Of a stretch of 64,000 nt of DNA, positions 28,314 to 38,911 are shown one piece after another. The stretch is from assembly GCA_021810635.1 (NCBI GenBank), contig JAJZIH010000010.1, positions 5,098 through 69,097 on the forward strand, read 5' to 3'. The notes beneath the pieces were generated by a model. That model made no database searches. It saw only the letters and a list, made by a program, of their open reading frames with translations, and had not been told where the DNA came from. The stretch comes from Pseudomonadota bacterium. GTDB lineage: Bacteria; Pseudomonadota; Gammaproteobacteria; JAKAQQ01. How positions within the stretch are numbered: position 1 is the first letter of the stretch; each line of letters starts with the position of its first letter. The translations under genes were made by a program, and so were the position numbers.

Positions 28314-30086
28314 ATGAATTACCAGCCTCCGCTTGAGGACTATCGGCTCCTGCTGACGACGATCTGTTCTTTGGACCGTCTTTTTGCGCTGCCTGATTTT
28401 CATGAACTCGATTTTCCCGTGACGGATGCCGTCCTCGAGGAGGGTAGCCGTTTTGCCCGTGAAGTTCTGGCACCGCTCAATCCCGTTGGGGACCGCGAAC
28501 CAGCCCGAATGACCGCGGAAGGTGTCAGCTTGTCACCTCGCTTTCGCGAAGCCTACCAAGGCTTCGTCGCGGGAGGTTGGAATGCGGTTTCGGCGGATCC
28601 CCGTTATGGTGGACAGGGGCTGCCGGAAGTCGTGGCCGCCGCGTTGAGCGAGATGTGGCAAGGCGCGAATCTTTCTTTCGCTCTTTGTCCGCTACTGACC
28701 CAGGGGGCAATCGAGACCCTGCTTCTGTGTGGCAGCGAGGAGCAGAAAAGCCGGTATCTCCCCCGGATGGTGAGCGGCGAATGGAGTGGCACCATGAACC
28801 TCACCGAACCCCAGGCGGGTTCCGACCTCGGGCGCATTGAAAGCCTGGCAACTCCGGAAGGCCCCCATTTCCGGCTGCAGGGACAGAAAATCTTCATCAC
28901 CTACGGCGAACACGACCTGACCTCGAACATCGTCCACATGGTTTTGGCCCGGACTCCGGGCGCACCAGCCGGGACCCGTGGGCTGACCCTGTTTGTCGTC
29001 CCCCGGTTTGGGGTCCCCCCGGACCCGCCCGGCACGAAGAATGAGGTCCGGGCATTGTCCATCGAACGCAAGCTGGGGATCCATGCCTCCCCCACCTGCG
29101 TCATGCAGTATGGGGGCGGGAAGGGGGCGAGGGCGGAGCAGATCGGGGAGTTGCATCGAGGCATCGAGCACATGTTCATCATGATGAACCGGGCCCGTCT
29201 CGCCGTGGGCCAGCAGGGGGTGGGGATATCCGAGTGTGCCTATCAGGCAGCGTTGGATTTTGCCCGGACGCGCCTGCAGGGCCGGGACCTCGTGACCGGC
29301 GACGACCCGGTGCCCATCCTCTCTCATCCGGACGTCAGGCGCATGCTGCTCACCATGGCAGGGCTCACCGAGGCCGCCCGTGCCCTTTCCTTTTGGGCTT
29401 TCTATTCGCTCGATTTCTCTCGCCACGCGGCCGATCCCGAGGTCCGGGACGAACACGATCGGCTGATGGCTTTTTTAACGCCGGTCGTCAAGGGTTTCGC
29501 CACGGAAAGTGCCCAGGAGGTGACTTCCCTCGCCATCCAGGTTCATGGTGGCATGGGTTACGTCGAGGAAACAGGCGTCGCACAACTGTACCGGGATGCC
29601 CGGATTCTGACCATCTACGAGGGCACGTCGGGCATCCAGGCGATGGATTTTGTCGGGCGGAAAATCCTCAAGGACCGTGGCCAGACCTTTGCCGCCCTGG
29701 ATCGCCGGATCCGGCAGTCCTTGGCCGGAGAACGGTTCGCCACGTGGGGGGCGCTCACTCAACCGCTGATGGACCGGCTCGAGCGGTTGCGGGATTGCGT
29801 GGAACGCGTACTCCGGAACACCGCCTCAGATCCCTACTTGGCGGGCGCAGCCGCCTATCCCCTCCTGATGATGACGGGAACGGTTCTGGGAGGTTGGCTC
29901 CTTCTCGAAACGTGCGCGGCGCGGCCCGCCGGGCCCCACGCCTCCATCGATGTCCGCTGGCAAAAGCACAAGAGGGGGGTCGCTGGGTTCTACATTTCCA
30001 GTATTCTTCCCCGTGCCGATGCCTACGCCGCGGCTATTCAGGCTCCGGATAAAAATATCATGACAATGGAGTCCTCCGAGTTCTAG
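28314..30086 (+). CDS. Acyl-CoA dehydrogenase (DmdC-like group)
   Basis: GTMNLTEPQAGSDLG, GQKIFITYGEHD, KLGIHASPTC, QVHGGMGY, IYEGTSGIQA. Confidence 0.94.
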   Translation: MNYQPPLEDYRLLLTTICSLDRLFALPDFHELDFPVTDAVLEEGSRFAREVLAPLNPVGDREPARMTAEGVSLSPRFREAYQGFVAGGWNAVSADPRYGGQGLPEVVAAALSEMWQGANLSFALCPLLTQGAIETLLLCGSEEQKSRYLPRMVSGEWSGTMNLTEPQAGSDLGRIESLATPEGPHFRLQGQKIFITYGEHDLTSNIVHMVLARTPGAPAGTRGLTLFVVPRFGVPPDPPGTKNEVRALSIERKLGIHASPTCVMQYGGGKGARAEQIGELHRGIEHMFIMMNRARLAVGQQGVGISECAYQAALDFARTRLQGRDLVTGDDPVPILSHPDVRRMLLTMAGLTEAARALSFWAFYSLDFSRHAADPEVRDEHDRLMAFLTPVVKGFATESAQEVTSLAIQVHGGMGYVEETGVAQLYRDARILTIYEGTSGIQAMDFVGRKILKDRGQTFAALDRRIRQSLAGERFATWGALTQPLMDRLERLRDCVERVLRNTASDPYLAGAAAYPLLMMTGTVLGGWLLLETCAARPAGPHASIDVRWQKHKRGVAGFYISSILPRADAYAAAIQAPDKNIMTMESSEF

Positions 30087-30236
30087 GAGTGGTGGGGAGA
30101 TTCCGGTCGGGCCGAAAGAGGGCGCTCTTGAGTCGAATCAAACCGGATAGGGAGACTCGGCTATAATTGAGTGGCAACCGGGACAACGGGACCCACCCCA
30201 ATGGCCTTTCCGAACGTGCAGACGAGCCGGTCTTGA

Positions 30237-30884
30237 ATGGAGACGGGGGGCGGTCAGGGTTTGGAAGTGCGCGCTGTCGAACTCCGCCGGGGCCGTCGTC
30301 TGCTGGCCCGGTCGCTCAGTTTTGGCGTGCGACCGGGAGACTATCTGGAACTCACCGGGCCCAACGGATCCGGGAAAAGCACGCTGTTGCGGCTGATTGC
30401 GGGGTTGGGCCGCATGGAGATCGGAGAACTCTTCTGGAACGGCACCGCCTTCAATCCCCAGAAGGAGGTTGCGCATCATGCGCGTACGCTGTACCTGGGC
30501 CATGCCGACGGCCTCAAGGGCCTGCTCAGCATCGGCGAGAACCTGCGTCTTTTCGGCGCACTCCGCGGATGTCGCGACCCGGGAAAGGAGGTCGAGGAGG
30601 GGATCGGTTTCTACGGCCTCGGGCACCTGAGGCAGGTCGCCTGTGAACGCCTTTCACAAGGACAGCGACGGCGGGCGGCTCTGGCGCGGCTGCGTGCTTT
30701 TCCGGCCTCTCTCTGGCTCCTCGATGAACCGACAACCGCTCTCGACCGGGACGGGGTGGAGCGCTTTTTCAGGCATTTCCGGCTTCACTTGGAGCAAGGG
30801 GGCATGGCGCTGGTCGCGACCCACCAAAGCCTCGCCCGCTGGATGGCTCCTGCAGGTGAAGTCATGCTGGGACGACCCCGTTGA
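30237..30884 (+). CDS. ccmA: Heme exporter ATP-binding protein
   Basis: GPNGSGKST, LSQGQRRR, WLLDEP; first gene of the ccm operon. Confidence 0.93.
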   Translation: METGGGQGLEVRAVELRRGRRLLARSLSFGVRPGDYLELTGPNGSGKSTLLRLIAGLGRMEIGELFWNGTAFNPQKEVAHHARTLYLGHADGLKGLLSIGENLRLFGALRGCRDPGKEVEEGIGFYGLGHLRQVACERLSQGQRRRAALARLRAFPASLWLLDEPTTALDRDGVERFFRHFRLHLEQGGMALVATHQSLARWMAPAGEVMLGRPR

Positions 30885-31549
30885 ATCCCTGGCTTTTCTT
30901 TTTCCGGACCGAACTCGGGGTCTCCTGGCGAGAACGTCGCCGGGTGATGCTCCCCCTGGTTTTTTTCGCGATCGTGGCTTTCCTGTTTCCCCTGACGATG
31001 AATCCCAAGGCCGGTCTCTTGGCCCGGATGGCCCCGGGGATCATCTGGGTCGATGCCATGCTGGCGATCTTTCTCGGACTCGAGTCGCTGTTTCGGCACG
31101 ATCATGAGGAGGGCATTCTCGAACAATGGGTCCTCAGCCCGACTTCGCTGGAACTCCGGGTGCTTTTCAAGGTCGCATCCTTCTGGACGGTCACTTCCTT
31201 GCCCCTTCTGCTGATGAGTCCCCTCCTCGTGCTTTGGCTCTCGTTCCCCGTCCAAGAGCTCGGGATTTTGCTCGTCGGTCTTTTCCTCGGGACGGTCACC
31301 CTCTGTTTCCTGGGTGCGCTCGGGGCGGCCTTGACTTTGACTCTGCGCCAGTCCAGCATGCTGATCGCCGTCCTGTTCCTGCCGATCGCCACCCCGATTC
31401 TGATTTTCGGCGCCCATAGTGCGATTTTGGCGGCCCGTGATCTGGATCCGCGCCCGGCCCTTTATCTTTTGGCCACACTCTTCTTCCTGACCGTGGGGAT
31501 CGTGCCCAAGGCCATTTCCGCCGCACTTCGCATCAGTTACGAGACCTGA
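30881..31549 (+). CDS. ccmB: Heme exporter protein B
   Basis: APGIIWV, LFRHDHEEGILEQ, LPIATPILIFG. Confidence 0.93.
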   Translation: MNPWLFFFRTELGVSWRERRRVMLPLVFFAIVAFLFPLTMNPKAGLLARMAPGIIWVDAMLAIFLGLESLFRHDHEEGILEQWVLSPTSLELRVLFKVASFWTVTSLPLLLMSPLLVLWLSFPVQELGILLVGLFLGTVTLCFLGALGAALTLTLRQSSMLIAVLFLPIATPILIFGAHSAILAARDLDPRPALYLLATLFFLTVGIVPKAISAALRISYET

Positions 31550-31555
31550 CCCGCC

Positions 31556-32293
31556 ATGACGCTCAAAACCTTCTTGCACCGTCTGGGGTCACCCCCGTAT
31601 TTTTACCAGATTTCCAAGCCCTGGGGTCGTGCGTTCGCCTGGATCGGCTTGGGCCTGATCCTGGTCGGGCTCTACGGCGGCCTGTGGCTGGCTCCGCCGG
31701 ACTACCAGCAGGGGAACGGCTTTCGTATCATGTACGTGCATGTTCCGAGCGCCTGGATGTCCCTTTTCGTCTTCATGGTGATTGCCGTTGCGAGCTTCAT
31801 CGGGCTGGTCTGGCGCATGCGCTTGGCCGATGCAGTGGCGGCCGCGTCCGCGCCGCTGGGGGCCGCCTTTACGGCCGTTGCACTGGTCACGGGCTCCCTC
31901 TGGGGAAAGCCGATGTGGGGAACCTACTGGGTCTGGGATGCCCGGCTCACCTCGGAACTCATCCTGTTCTTCCTCTATCTCGGGATCATAACGCTGAACC
32001 GCTCCTTCGAGGACCAGAAAACCGGCGACAAGGCGGCCGCCATCCTGGCCCTGATCGGGGCCATCGACGTGCCGATCGTGCATTACTCCGTCGATTGGTG
32101 GCAAACCCTGCACCAGGGGTCCAGTTTCAAGGGCCTCACGTCCGAAATTGCCCCCTCCATGCTGTGGCCGCTCCTGGTCATGATGGCCGGTTTCATGTTT
32201 TATTACGCTTGGCTCGTCCTGTGGCGCACCCGCTCCGAGATCCTCCTGCGGGAGATGGACCGCGAGTGGGCCCAACGGGTGGTCGAGCCATGA
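31556..32293 (+). CDS. ccmC: Heme exporter protein C
   Basis: YVHVPSAW; WWD motif WGKPMWGTYWVWDARLT; TLHQ. Confidence 0.96.
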   Translation: MTLKTFLHRLGSPPYFYQISKPWGRAFAWIGLGLILVGLYGGLWLAPPDYQQGNGFRIMYVHVPSAWMSLFVFMVIAVASFIGLVWRMRLADAVAAASAPLGAAFTAVALVTGSLWGKPMWGTYWVWDARLTSELILFFLYLGIITLNRSFEDQKTGDKAAAILALIGAIDVPIVHYSVDWWQTLHQGSSFKGLTSEIAPSMLWPLLVMMAGFMFYYAWLVLWRTRSEILLREMDREWAQRVVEP

Positions 32294-32466
32294 CGTCCTG
32301 GCACGAGTTCGTGACGATGGGCCGGTTCGGCCTTTTCGTCTGGCCGGCGTTCGGGTTTGGCCTGATCGTTATGCTGCTCAACATCTACTGGGCCCGGCTC
32401 CGTGAAAAAACCGCCCGGCGGGAAGTTCGCCAAGCCAGGCAGGCCGAGGAGGAATCCCCGCAATGA
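32290..32466 (+). CDS. ccmD: Heme exporter protein D
   Basis: 58 aa, MTSWHEFVTMGRFGLFVWPAFG, between ccmC and ccmE. Confidence 0.85.
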   Translation: MTSWHEFVTMGRFGLFVWPAFGFGLIVMLLNIYWARLREKTARREVRQARQAEEESPQ

Positions 32467-32933
32467 CCCGCAGACACCAGCGCCTCGTCATGGTCCTTCT
32501 CATGCTGGCGTGCATTTCGGCAGCCGTGGGTTTTGCTCTGCGCGCATTCAACGGCGATTTGCTGTACTACATCACGCCGACCCAGCTGGCCGAAGGAAAG
32601 GCACCCGCCCACGGCGCCTTCCGCCTGGGCGGAATTGTCGCCCGCGGCAGTGTCCATCGTCGGAATGGAAGCATGACGGTCCATTTTGTCCTGACCGACT
32701 ACCACCATTCGGTTCCTGTCGTCTATACGGGCATCCTGCCGGACCTATTCCGTGTGGGGCAGGGGATCGTGGTCAAGGGGCGTCTGACCCATGGCGTCTT
32801 TCTGGCCAGCCAGGTTCTGGCCAAGCATGGGGCCAAGTACATGCCGCCCGGCATCCACCAGCCCCGAGCACGCCCCGCACACCTCAAAATGCTCGCGCTG
32901 CGACGCTCCTTGCGGGAAGCCCCCGGCCTATGA
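32463..32933 (+). CDS. ccmE: Heme chaperone
   Basis: RLGGIV, YTGILPDLFR, VLAKHGAKYMPP (HxxxY). Confidence 0.94.
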   Translation: MTRRHQRLVMVLLMLACISAAVGFALRAFNGDLLYYITPTQLAEGKAPAHGAFRLGGIVARGSVHRRNGSMTVHFVLTDYHHSVPVVYTGILPDLFRVGQGIVVKGRLTHGVFLASQVLAKHGAKYMPPGIHQPRARPAHLKMLALRRSLREAPGL

Positions 32934-34924
32934 TTGCCGAAATCGGTCTTTACGCTCTGGTCCTGGCCTTTCTCATGGCGGCGGCTCAGACCTTTTTCGG
33001 CCTGGCCGGGGCGGGCACCCAGCGTCTTCGCTGGATGGCCGTGACCCGTCCCGCTGCCTTCGGCCAGCTGTTTTTCATGGCGCTCTCCTATGGTTGCCTC
33101 ACGGAGCTGTTCGTCACGAGCAACTACTCGGTCCGTTACGTGGCGAAATATTCCAACGCGCTGATGCCGCTTTTCTACCGCGTTGCCGGAGTCTGGGGTG
33201 CCCACGAAGGCTCCATGATGCTCTGGATGCTGGTACTGGCCGTCTGGACCGCTTTGGTCGCCGTCTTCAGCCGGAAGCTGCCGGTGGTTTTTGCCAACCG
33301 TGTCCTGGGCGTGCTGGGCGCCATTGCCTGCGGGTTCTTCCTGTTCACCCTGATCACCTCCAATCCGTTTGTCCGCCTGCTGCCGCCGGCACTGCATGGC
33401 GGAACCCTGAATCCGATTCTCGAGGACCCCCTCCTGGTCATCCATCCGCCAATGCTCTACATGGGCTACGTCGGGCTGTCGGTTGCCTTTTCCTTTGCGG
33501 TCGCGGCACTCATCGGGGGCCGAATGGACGCAGCCTGGGCGCGCTGGACTCGTCCCTGGACGCTGGCCGCCTGGATTTTTCTCACCGTCGGCATCGTGCT
33601 GGGCAGTTTCTGGTCCTATTACGAACTGGGATGGGGCGGATGGTGGTTCTGGGATCCGGTCGAAAACGCCTCGTTCATGCCGTGGCTCATCGCCACCGCC
33701 CTGATCCACTCCCTCGCGGTGACCGAGAAACGGGGTGCCTTCAAGAGCTGGACGGCCCTTCTGGCGATTGCCGGATTTTCACTGAGCCTGCTCGGAACCT
33801 TCCTCGTCCGGTCCGGTGTCCTGATTTCCATCCACGCCTTTGCCATGGATCCCCGACGCGGGATGTTCATCCTGGTGCTGCTCGGCATCATGTCGGCTTT
33901 GGCGCTTGCGGTCTACATCTGGCGCGCCCCGCTGCTCTGGGAGACCGGTGGGGGGTTCCGGTTTTTTTCGCGCGAAACGTTCATCCTGTTGAACAACATC
34001 CTGCTCGTGGCCGGAGCGGGTGCCGTGTTCATCGGCACCATCTATCCCCTGTTCATCGAAGTCTTTGGGCTGGGCCGGCTTTCGGTGGGCCCTCCCTACT
34101 TCGATCATGTGTTTATCCCGATCATGTTCCCTCTGTTCCTCCTGATGGGAATTGGGCCCTACGTGAGCTGGAAAAGCGGTTCGCTGAAGGCGCTGCGCCG
34201 GCGCCTGTGGATTCCTTTCCTCCTGTGGCTGCTGGCCAGCTGTGTCCTTCTGTTTGTGGCGCTGGATTCACGATGGCCGCTCATGACGTGGCTCGGTGCG
34301 TTTTTCGGATCCTGGGTGTTTCTGACCGCCTTTACCGAACCGGTGAGACGACTGTGGCTGCGTTTTCGGGGAGAGCCGGTCCGTCTTCCCAGTGGGGTGT
34401 TGGGGATGAGCCTGGCCCACTTTGGAGTCGGTGTCGTCATTTTGGGCATTACGATGAGCACGACTTTGGGAGTCTGGCGCGACATGCCCATGCGGGCGGG
34501 GCAGTCGTACCGGATGGCGGGTTTCCGGTACCGGTTTGATGCCATCCGTCCGGCTCACGGACGCAACTGGACCGGCGTGCGGGCCACCTTTTCCATCTTC
34601 CACCAGGGCCGGCGGTTTGCCGTGGTGCACCCGGAGAAACGGCATTTCTTCCCGGATGGAGGGACCACGACCAACGCCGCCATCGTCGGGGGGCCGGTCC
34701 ACGATCTTTTCGTTTCGCTGGGCAACCCCTTGGGCAAGGGAAAATGGAGCCTCAGGTTCCGCTATGAGCCGATGGTCATTTTTGTCTGGCTGGGTGGGCT
34801 CCTCATGGCGCTGGGCGGTCTTGTGGCCATGTTGGACCGCCGCTACCGGATTGCCCTGGAGGTCCGGCCGTTCCTGCCGATTGATGAAGCCAGCCAGTCC
34901 CCGGACGATGAGGAGGCTCTCTGA
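32930..34924 (+). CDS. ccmF: Heme lyase
   Basis: MIAEIG start, WGAHEGS, HPPMLYMGY, WGGWWFWDPVEN. Confidence 0.96.
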   Translation: MIAEIGLYALVLAFLMAAAQTFFGLAGAGTQRLRWMAVTRPAAFGQLFFMALSYGCLTELFVTSNYSVRYVAKYSNALMPLFYRVAGVWGAHEGSMMLWMLVLAVWTALVAVFSRKLPVVFANRVLGVLGAIACGFFLFTLITSNPFVRLLPPALHGGTLNPILEDPLLVIHPPMLYMGYVGLSVAFSFAVAALIGGRMDAAWARWTRPWTLAAWIFLTVGIVLGSFWSYYELGWGGWWFWDPVENASFMPWLIATALIHSLAVTEKRGAFKSWTALLAIAGFSLSLLGTFLVRSGVLISIHAFAMDPRRGMFILVLLGIMSALALAVYIWRAPLLWETGGGFRFFSRETFILLNNILLVAGAGAVFIGTIYPLFIEVFGLGRLSVGPPYFDHVFIPIMFPLFLLMGIGPYVSWKSGSLKALRRRLWIPFLLWLLASCVLLFVALDSRWPLMTWLGAFFGSWVFLTAFTEPVRRLWLRFRGEPVRLPSGVLGMSLAHFGVGVVILGITMSTTLGVWRDMPMRAGQSYRMAGFRYRFDAIRPAHGRNWTGVRATFSIFHQGRRFAVVHPEKRHFFPDGGTTTNAAIVGGPVHDLFVSLGNPLGKGKWSLRFRYEPMVIFVWLGGLLMALGGLVAMLDRRYRIALEVRPFLPIDEASQSPDDEEAL

Positions 34925-34927
34925 ACG

Positions 34928-35479
34928 ATGAAAAGGGCCCGCTACGCGATTCTGGGCATCCCTTTCGTCATCCTGGCCGGTCTGGTCGTGACCTTCTGGG
35001 CGGGTCTTTTGCATCACCCTTCGATCATTCCCTCTCCCCTGATCGGAAAACCCGCGCCGGCATTGATCCTGCCCCGCCTGGCTCACCCTGACCAGCAGGT
35101 GACCCGCGCGGTTTTCCGCAATCACGTCACCCTGCTCAATGTCTGGGCGAGCTGGTGCGTTTCTTGCCAGTACGAATATCCGACCCTGCTCTGGCTCCAG
35201 CGCCACGGCGTCCGGATCATCGGCGTGGATTACAAGGATCGCCACAAGCCTGCCCTGGACTACCTCAGGCAACACGGCGACCCCTATGTCGAGGTGGCCT
35301 ATGATCGGAAGGGACTCGCCACGATCAACTGGGGGGTCTACGGCGTGCCAGAAACCTTTGTGCTGGGACCCCGGGGCCGCATCCGCTACAAGTATGTGGG
35401 CCCGATCCCCCTCTCCGTTGCCCGCCGGACCATTCTTCCTCTGGTGCAGCACCTGCGGATTTCAGAACCGGTGTCATGA
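34928..35479 (+). CDS. ccmG: Thiol:disulfide interchange protein DsbE/CcmG
   Basis: NVWASWCVSC, GVYGVPETF. Confidence 0.94.
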   Translation: MKRARYAILGIPFVILAGLVVTFWAGLLHHPSIIPSPLIGKPAPALILPRLAHPDQQVTRAVFRNHVTLLNVWASWCVSCQYEYPTLLWLQRHGVRIIGVDYKDRHKPALDYLRQHGDPYVEVAYDRKGLATINWGVYGVPETFVLGPRGRIRYKYVGPIPLSVARRTILPLVQHLRISEPVS

Positions 35480-35922
35480 TCAGGGCCCGGACCCTCATGC
35501 TCATTCTCTTGCTCTTACCGGCGGTTCTGGCCGACGTCAAGGTTGCCAAAGCCATCGAGAACCATCCCCCTCTGGCCAATCCCGTGCTGGAACGGCGCTA
35601 TCAGCATCTCACCGAGGAAATCCGCTGCCTCGTCTGCCAGGATCAGAATATCGCCAATTCGCCGGCCCCCCTCGCGGCCAACCTGCGGTATGAAGTGCGT
35701 CGCCTGCTTTTCACCGGGGCCAGCAATTCAGCGATCAAACGCTACCTGACCCGGCGCTACGGGGACTTCGTCCTCTACAAGCCCCCCGTGCAGCCGGATA
35801 CCTGGCTGCTCTGGTTCGGCCCCTTTGCGCTGCTCCTCACCGGCATGATCACGGTCGGGTTTCTGGTGCGCAGGAAAAGCAGGCTCTACGAGCGCGAACA
35901 CGGGGAGGGGCGGGTCCCATGA
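35476..35922 (+). CDS. ccmH: Cytochrome c biogenesis protein
   Basis: IRCLVCQDQNIANS, RYGDFVLYKPP. Confidence 0.94.
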   Translation: MIRARTLMLILLLLPAVLADVKVAKAIENHPPLANPVLERRYQHLTEEIRCLVCQDQNIANSPAPLAANLRYEVRRLLFTGASNSAIKRYLTRRYGDFVLYKPPVQPDTWLLWFGPFALLLTGMITVGFLVRRKSRLYEREHGEGRVP

Positions 35923-37136
35923 TGTTTCTGGTGTGGGCGGTCCTCATGACCGCGGTTGCGGCCGGCATCGTGGCCTGGCCGCTCCGTCGGGCACGGCGGG
36001 TATCGGGAACGGCGGATGCGGATTTCAAGCGGTCACTCCGGAAGCAAACGCTGCACGAACTGGCCGATGAGGTGACCGGCGGGGATCTCGATGCGGCCGA
36101 GCTGGAGCTGGCTCGGCAGGACGCCGTCCGGAACATCGATTCCGGGGGGGGCGGCCCCCACCCGGAATCCACCCGGCCCTTCCGGACGGCCCGCACTCGG
36201 GTTTGGCCGTTTCTTCTCCTGTTTCTCGTCGCCGCTCCCTTGCTGTTTTTGGCCTGGGGAAACTGGAGGAGCGCGGTTTTGGGGGTGCGTTCGGCCAGCC
36301 GCACCGAGCTTGATCGGGCCATCAACCGTTTTGCTGCCCATCTGAAGCGACACCCGGCGGATCTTGCCGGCTGGGAACTCTACGCCCGAGCCCAGATCAT
36401 GACGGGGCACTATGCCAAGGCGGCTCGGGCCTATGCCACGATCCTGAAACTGCCGGGAACCGCAGGCTCCCCCTCCGTTCTCGCGGATTATGGGGAATGC
36501 CTCGTCCTCCAGCATCCGGATCTCCTCAATGCCTCCGAAAACGCGATCTTCGACCGCGTCTTGAAACGTCGCCCCGACAATTCGAAAGCCCTGTGGTATG
36601 GAGGGCTTTTGGCGCTCGCGGTGGACCATGACCGGGATCTGGCCCTCCGCCGGTTCCGCCATCTGTTGGAGCTGGGCGGGCTCCCGCCTGCTTTTGCCCT
36701 TCTCGTGGAGGAACGAATTGTCGGACTGGGAGGACATCTTCCGGTCCTTTGGGTCCCCCACTCCCTCGGATTCCGGATCAGCCGGGCACCCGGCCTGGCC
36801 CGGAAGATCCGGGGCGGCACCCTGTTTGTTCTCGTCCGGATCGACAACCCGCACAGTCCCCCGCTCTGGGTGCGGCAGGTTCCTCTGCATCACCTGCCGG
36901 AAACCGTCCGGCTCAACCCATCCGATGCCATGCGGGGGAAGGTGCGCTTTGGATCGGGGTTGCGCTACCGCCTCGAAGTCCGCTGGTCGCCCCTGAGCGG
37001 TGCGGGGGCACTTCGCGGGGTCCGCTATACCGTTTCCCGAACCGTCACCGGAAAAGCCCTCAAGGGCCGGCCGGTCTTTGCTCTGCGGTTCAGGGTGCCG
37101 CAGCTCCGGGCACGGACCGCCCCGGCGGCCCGCTGA
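35919..37136 (+). CDS. ccmI: CcmI/CycH-like TPR protein
   Basis: Two N-terminal TM segments, TPR region ([16 protein letters not shown]); follows ccmH. Confidence 0.82.
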   Translation: MMFLVWAVLMTAVAAGIVAWPLRRARRVSGTADADFKRSLRKQTLHELADEVTGGDLDAAELELARQDAVRNIDSGGGGPHPESTRPFRTARTRVWPFLLLFLVAAPLLFLAWGNWRSAVLGVRSASRTELDRAINRFAAHLKRHPADLAGWELYARAQIMTGHYAKAARAYATILKLPGTAGSPSVLADYGECLVLQHPDLLNASENAIFDRVLKRRPDNSKALWYGGLLALAVDHDRDLALRRFRHLLELGGLPPAFALLVEERIVGLGGHLPVLWVPHSLGFRISRAPGLARKIRGGTLFVLVRIDNPHSPPLWVRQVPLHHLPETVRLNPSDAMRGKVRFGSGLRYRLEVRWSPLSGAGALRGVRYTVSRTVTGKALKGRPVFALRFRVPQLRARTAPAAR

Positions 37137-37149
37137 GACCGGTTCGTTC

Positions 37150-38046
37150 ATGGAATACCAGGATTACTACCAGATTCTCGGAGTCAAGCGGGGGGCCTCG
37201 ACCGATGAGGTCAAACGAGCCTACCGGAAACTGGCGAGAAAATATCACCCGGATGTTTCGAAAGAACCCGGTGCCGAGGAGCGCTTCAAGAGCATCTCCA
37301 TGGCCTACGAGGTGCTCGGGAATCCGGAGAAAAGGAAAGCCTATGACCAGCTTGGCAGCTATCAGCCGGGACAGAATTTCAAGCCACCTCCCGACTGGGA
37401 ACAGCGCTACGGGGTGGCTGGGGATTTCAGCGGCATGTCGTTTTCCGAGCTGTTCGAGCAGATTTTTTCGGGTTTGGGCTCCACCCAGAGGGGGTCCGGT
37501 TTCCCGCCGGACGACCCGACCCGCAGGGGAGGCGTCCCGGCGTTCCAGGCCGAGGTGGAGATCAGCCTGGAGGAAGCCTCGGCCGGTGCCGAGAGGATTT
37601 TCGAAATCGATGGCCGGAAGATCAGGATCAGGATTCCCAAGGGAGCCCAGGATGGCCAGAAACTGCGGGTTCCCGTCCGGGCCCGCCGGGGGTGGGGCCG
37701 GACGGGAGGCGGCGACCTCCAGATCACCGTCCGCCTGTTGCCCCATCCCCTGTTCCGGCCGGTGGGCGACCATCTCGAGATGGATCTTCCGCTCACGCCA
37801 GCCGAAGCGGTTTTGGGCACGGAAGTCGAGATCCCGACCTTTGCGGGACGCGTCCGCCTGAGGGTCCCGCCCGCGACCAGTTCCGGACGCAGTTTCCGGC
37901 TCGAAAAGAAAGGCATGATGAAACCGACGGGGACCCTGGGCGACCTCTGGGTGCGGGCCAAAATCGTGGTTGAAAAACCGCATTCCGACCGGGAACGGAA
38001 ACTGTACGAAGAACTCCTGAGGATCCAGTCCGCCAAAGCTAGATAG
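37150..38046 (+). CDS. cbpA: CbpA-like class B J-domain protein
   Basis: [12 protein letters not shown] motif, no Zn finger, DnaJ C-terminal domain. Confidence 0.85.
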   Translation: MEYQDYYQILGVKRGASTDEVKRAYRKLARKYHPDVSKEPGAEERFKSISMAYEVLGNPEKRKAYDQLGSYQPGQNFKPPPDWEQRYGVAGDFSGMSFSELFEQIFSGLGSTQRGSGFPPDDPTRRGGVPAFQAEVEISLEEASAGAERIFEIDGRKIRIRIPKGAQDGQKLRVPVRARRGWGRTGGGDLQITVRLLPHPLFRPVGDHLEMDLPLTPAEAVLGTEVEIPTFAGRVRLRVPPATSSGRSFRLEKKGMMKPTGTLGDLWVRAKIVVEKPHSDRERKLYEELLRIQSAKAR

Positions 38047-38281
38047 AGTCTCGCATGTAGAGGCTATTTGCTTGATAAAACAGTAGAATCTTTTTTTCGT
38101 TTACCAAAGTCCATCGATGATGTCAAACATCATGATATCGATATAACTTATTAAAAGTAATAGTGATCTTATTTGAAGAAACCAAAATTGCGTTCGTGTA
38201 CTTTCTGGACTACAGTCAGACGGCTTGGAGTCCGATTCCGGTCGGTCTTTGGGCGCGACACCTAACTGGAGGATAAATTTG

Positions 38282-38860
38282 ATGAACAGCAGAAACTCCG
38301 TAATTTCGTCGATTGGTTTTTTTGTGATTGGGCTCACGCTTTGGACCACAGCCCTGCGGTCGGTGGGCTGGACGAGTACCGATTTTGACATGGTCTTCGG
38401 CGGACTCATTTTGGCCGCCGGAATCGTGCTTCTGGTGCTCGCCATTCTCAGTCTGCAGAGCGGGGAACATGCGTTTGACGGATTGGTCTTTTTTGCCTTC
38501 GCCGTTCTGGCCCTGGTTTTTTCACTGCCGAACTATTCCCATGAGACGGACTCGATGATGAATGCGCCGGTCCTGGTCGGCTGGTTTTACCTCCTGTGGG
38601 CCCTCTTCTGGTTTTACCTCTGGATCGGTACCTTGAAGAGCCACCCCTTGATGCACATGCTGTTTCTCCTTCTGGGCTGGCTGTCCATGTTCGCGATCGC
38701 CATCTTCGAGTACTCGGGCGCCCGGGGATTTCTCACCCTGGGGGGGTATCTCCAGTTGATCTGGGCGCTCATCGCGCTCTACCTCTCGGCGGGATCGGCT
38801 CTCCACGCCCTCTGCGGCAAGGGCTGTCTTCCCATGGGAGCCAAGAAAGCCTCGGGATAG
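38282..38860 (+). CDS. Six-TM membrane protein, GPR1/FUN34/YaaH (SatP/AceTr)-like
   Basis: Six hydrophobic segments with AceTr-like layout (GFFVIGLTLW, GWFYLLWALF, LGGYL..ALYLSA); divergent. Confidence 0.6.
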   Translation: MNSRNSVISSIGFFVIGLTLWTTALRSVGWTSTDFDMVFGGLILAAGIVLLVLAILSLQSGEHAFDGLVFFAFAVLALVFSLPNYSHETDSMMNAPVLVGWFYLLWALFWFYLWIGTLKSHPLMHMLFLLLGWLSMFAIAIFEYSGARGFLTLGGYLQLIWALIALYLSAGSALHALCGKGCLPMGAKKASG

Positions 38861-38874
38861 GATCCACTGTCCGC

Positions 38875-38903
38875 CCGGAGCCGCCACCCTCTGGCGGCTC
38901 CGG
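38875..38903. terminator. Hairpin between convergent genes
   Basis: CCGGAGCCGCCA-CCCTC-TGGCGGCTCCGG, perfect 12-bp stem; no strong U tract. Confidence 0.6.
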
Positions 38904-38911
38904 ATCCTGGT

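Noticed and set aside
32402-34924. 840-aa ORF suggesting a CcmE-CcmF fusion
   Set aside because: The extension is an alternative frame over ccmE; CcmF starts at ATG 32930
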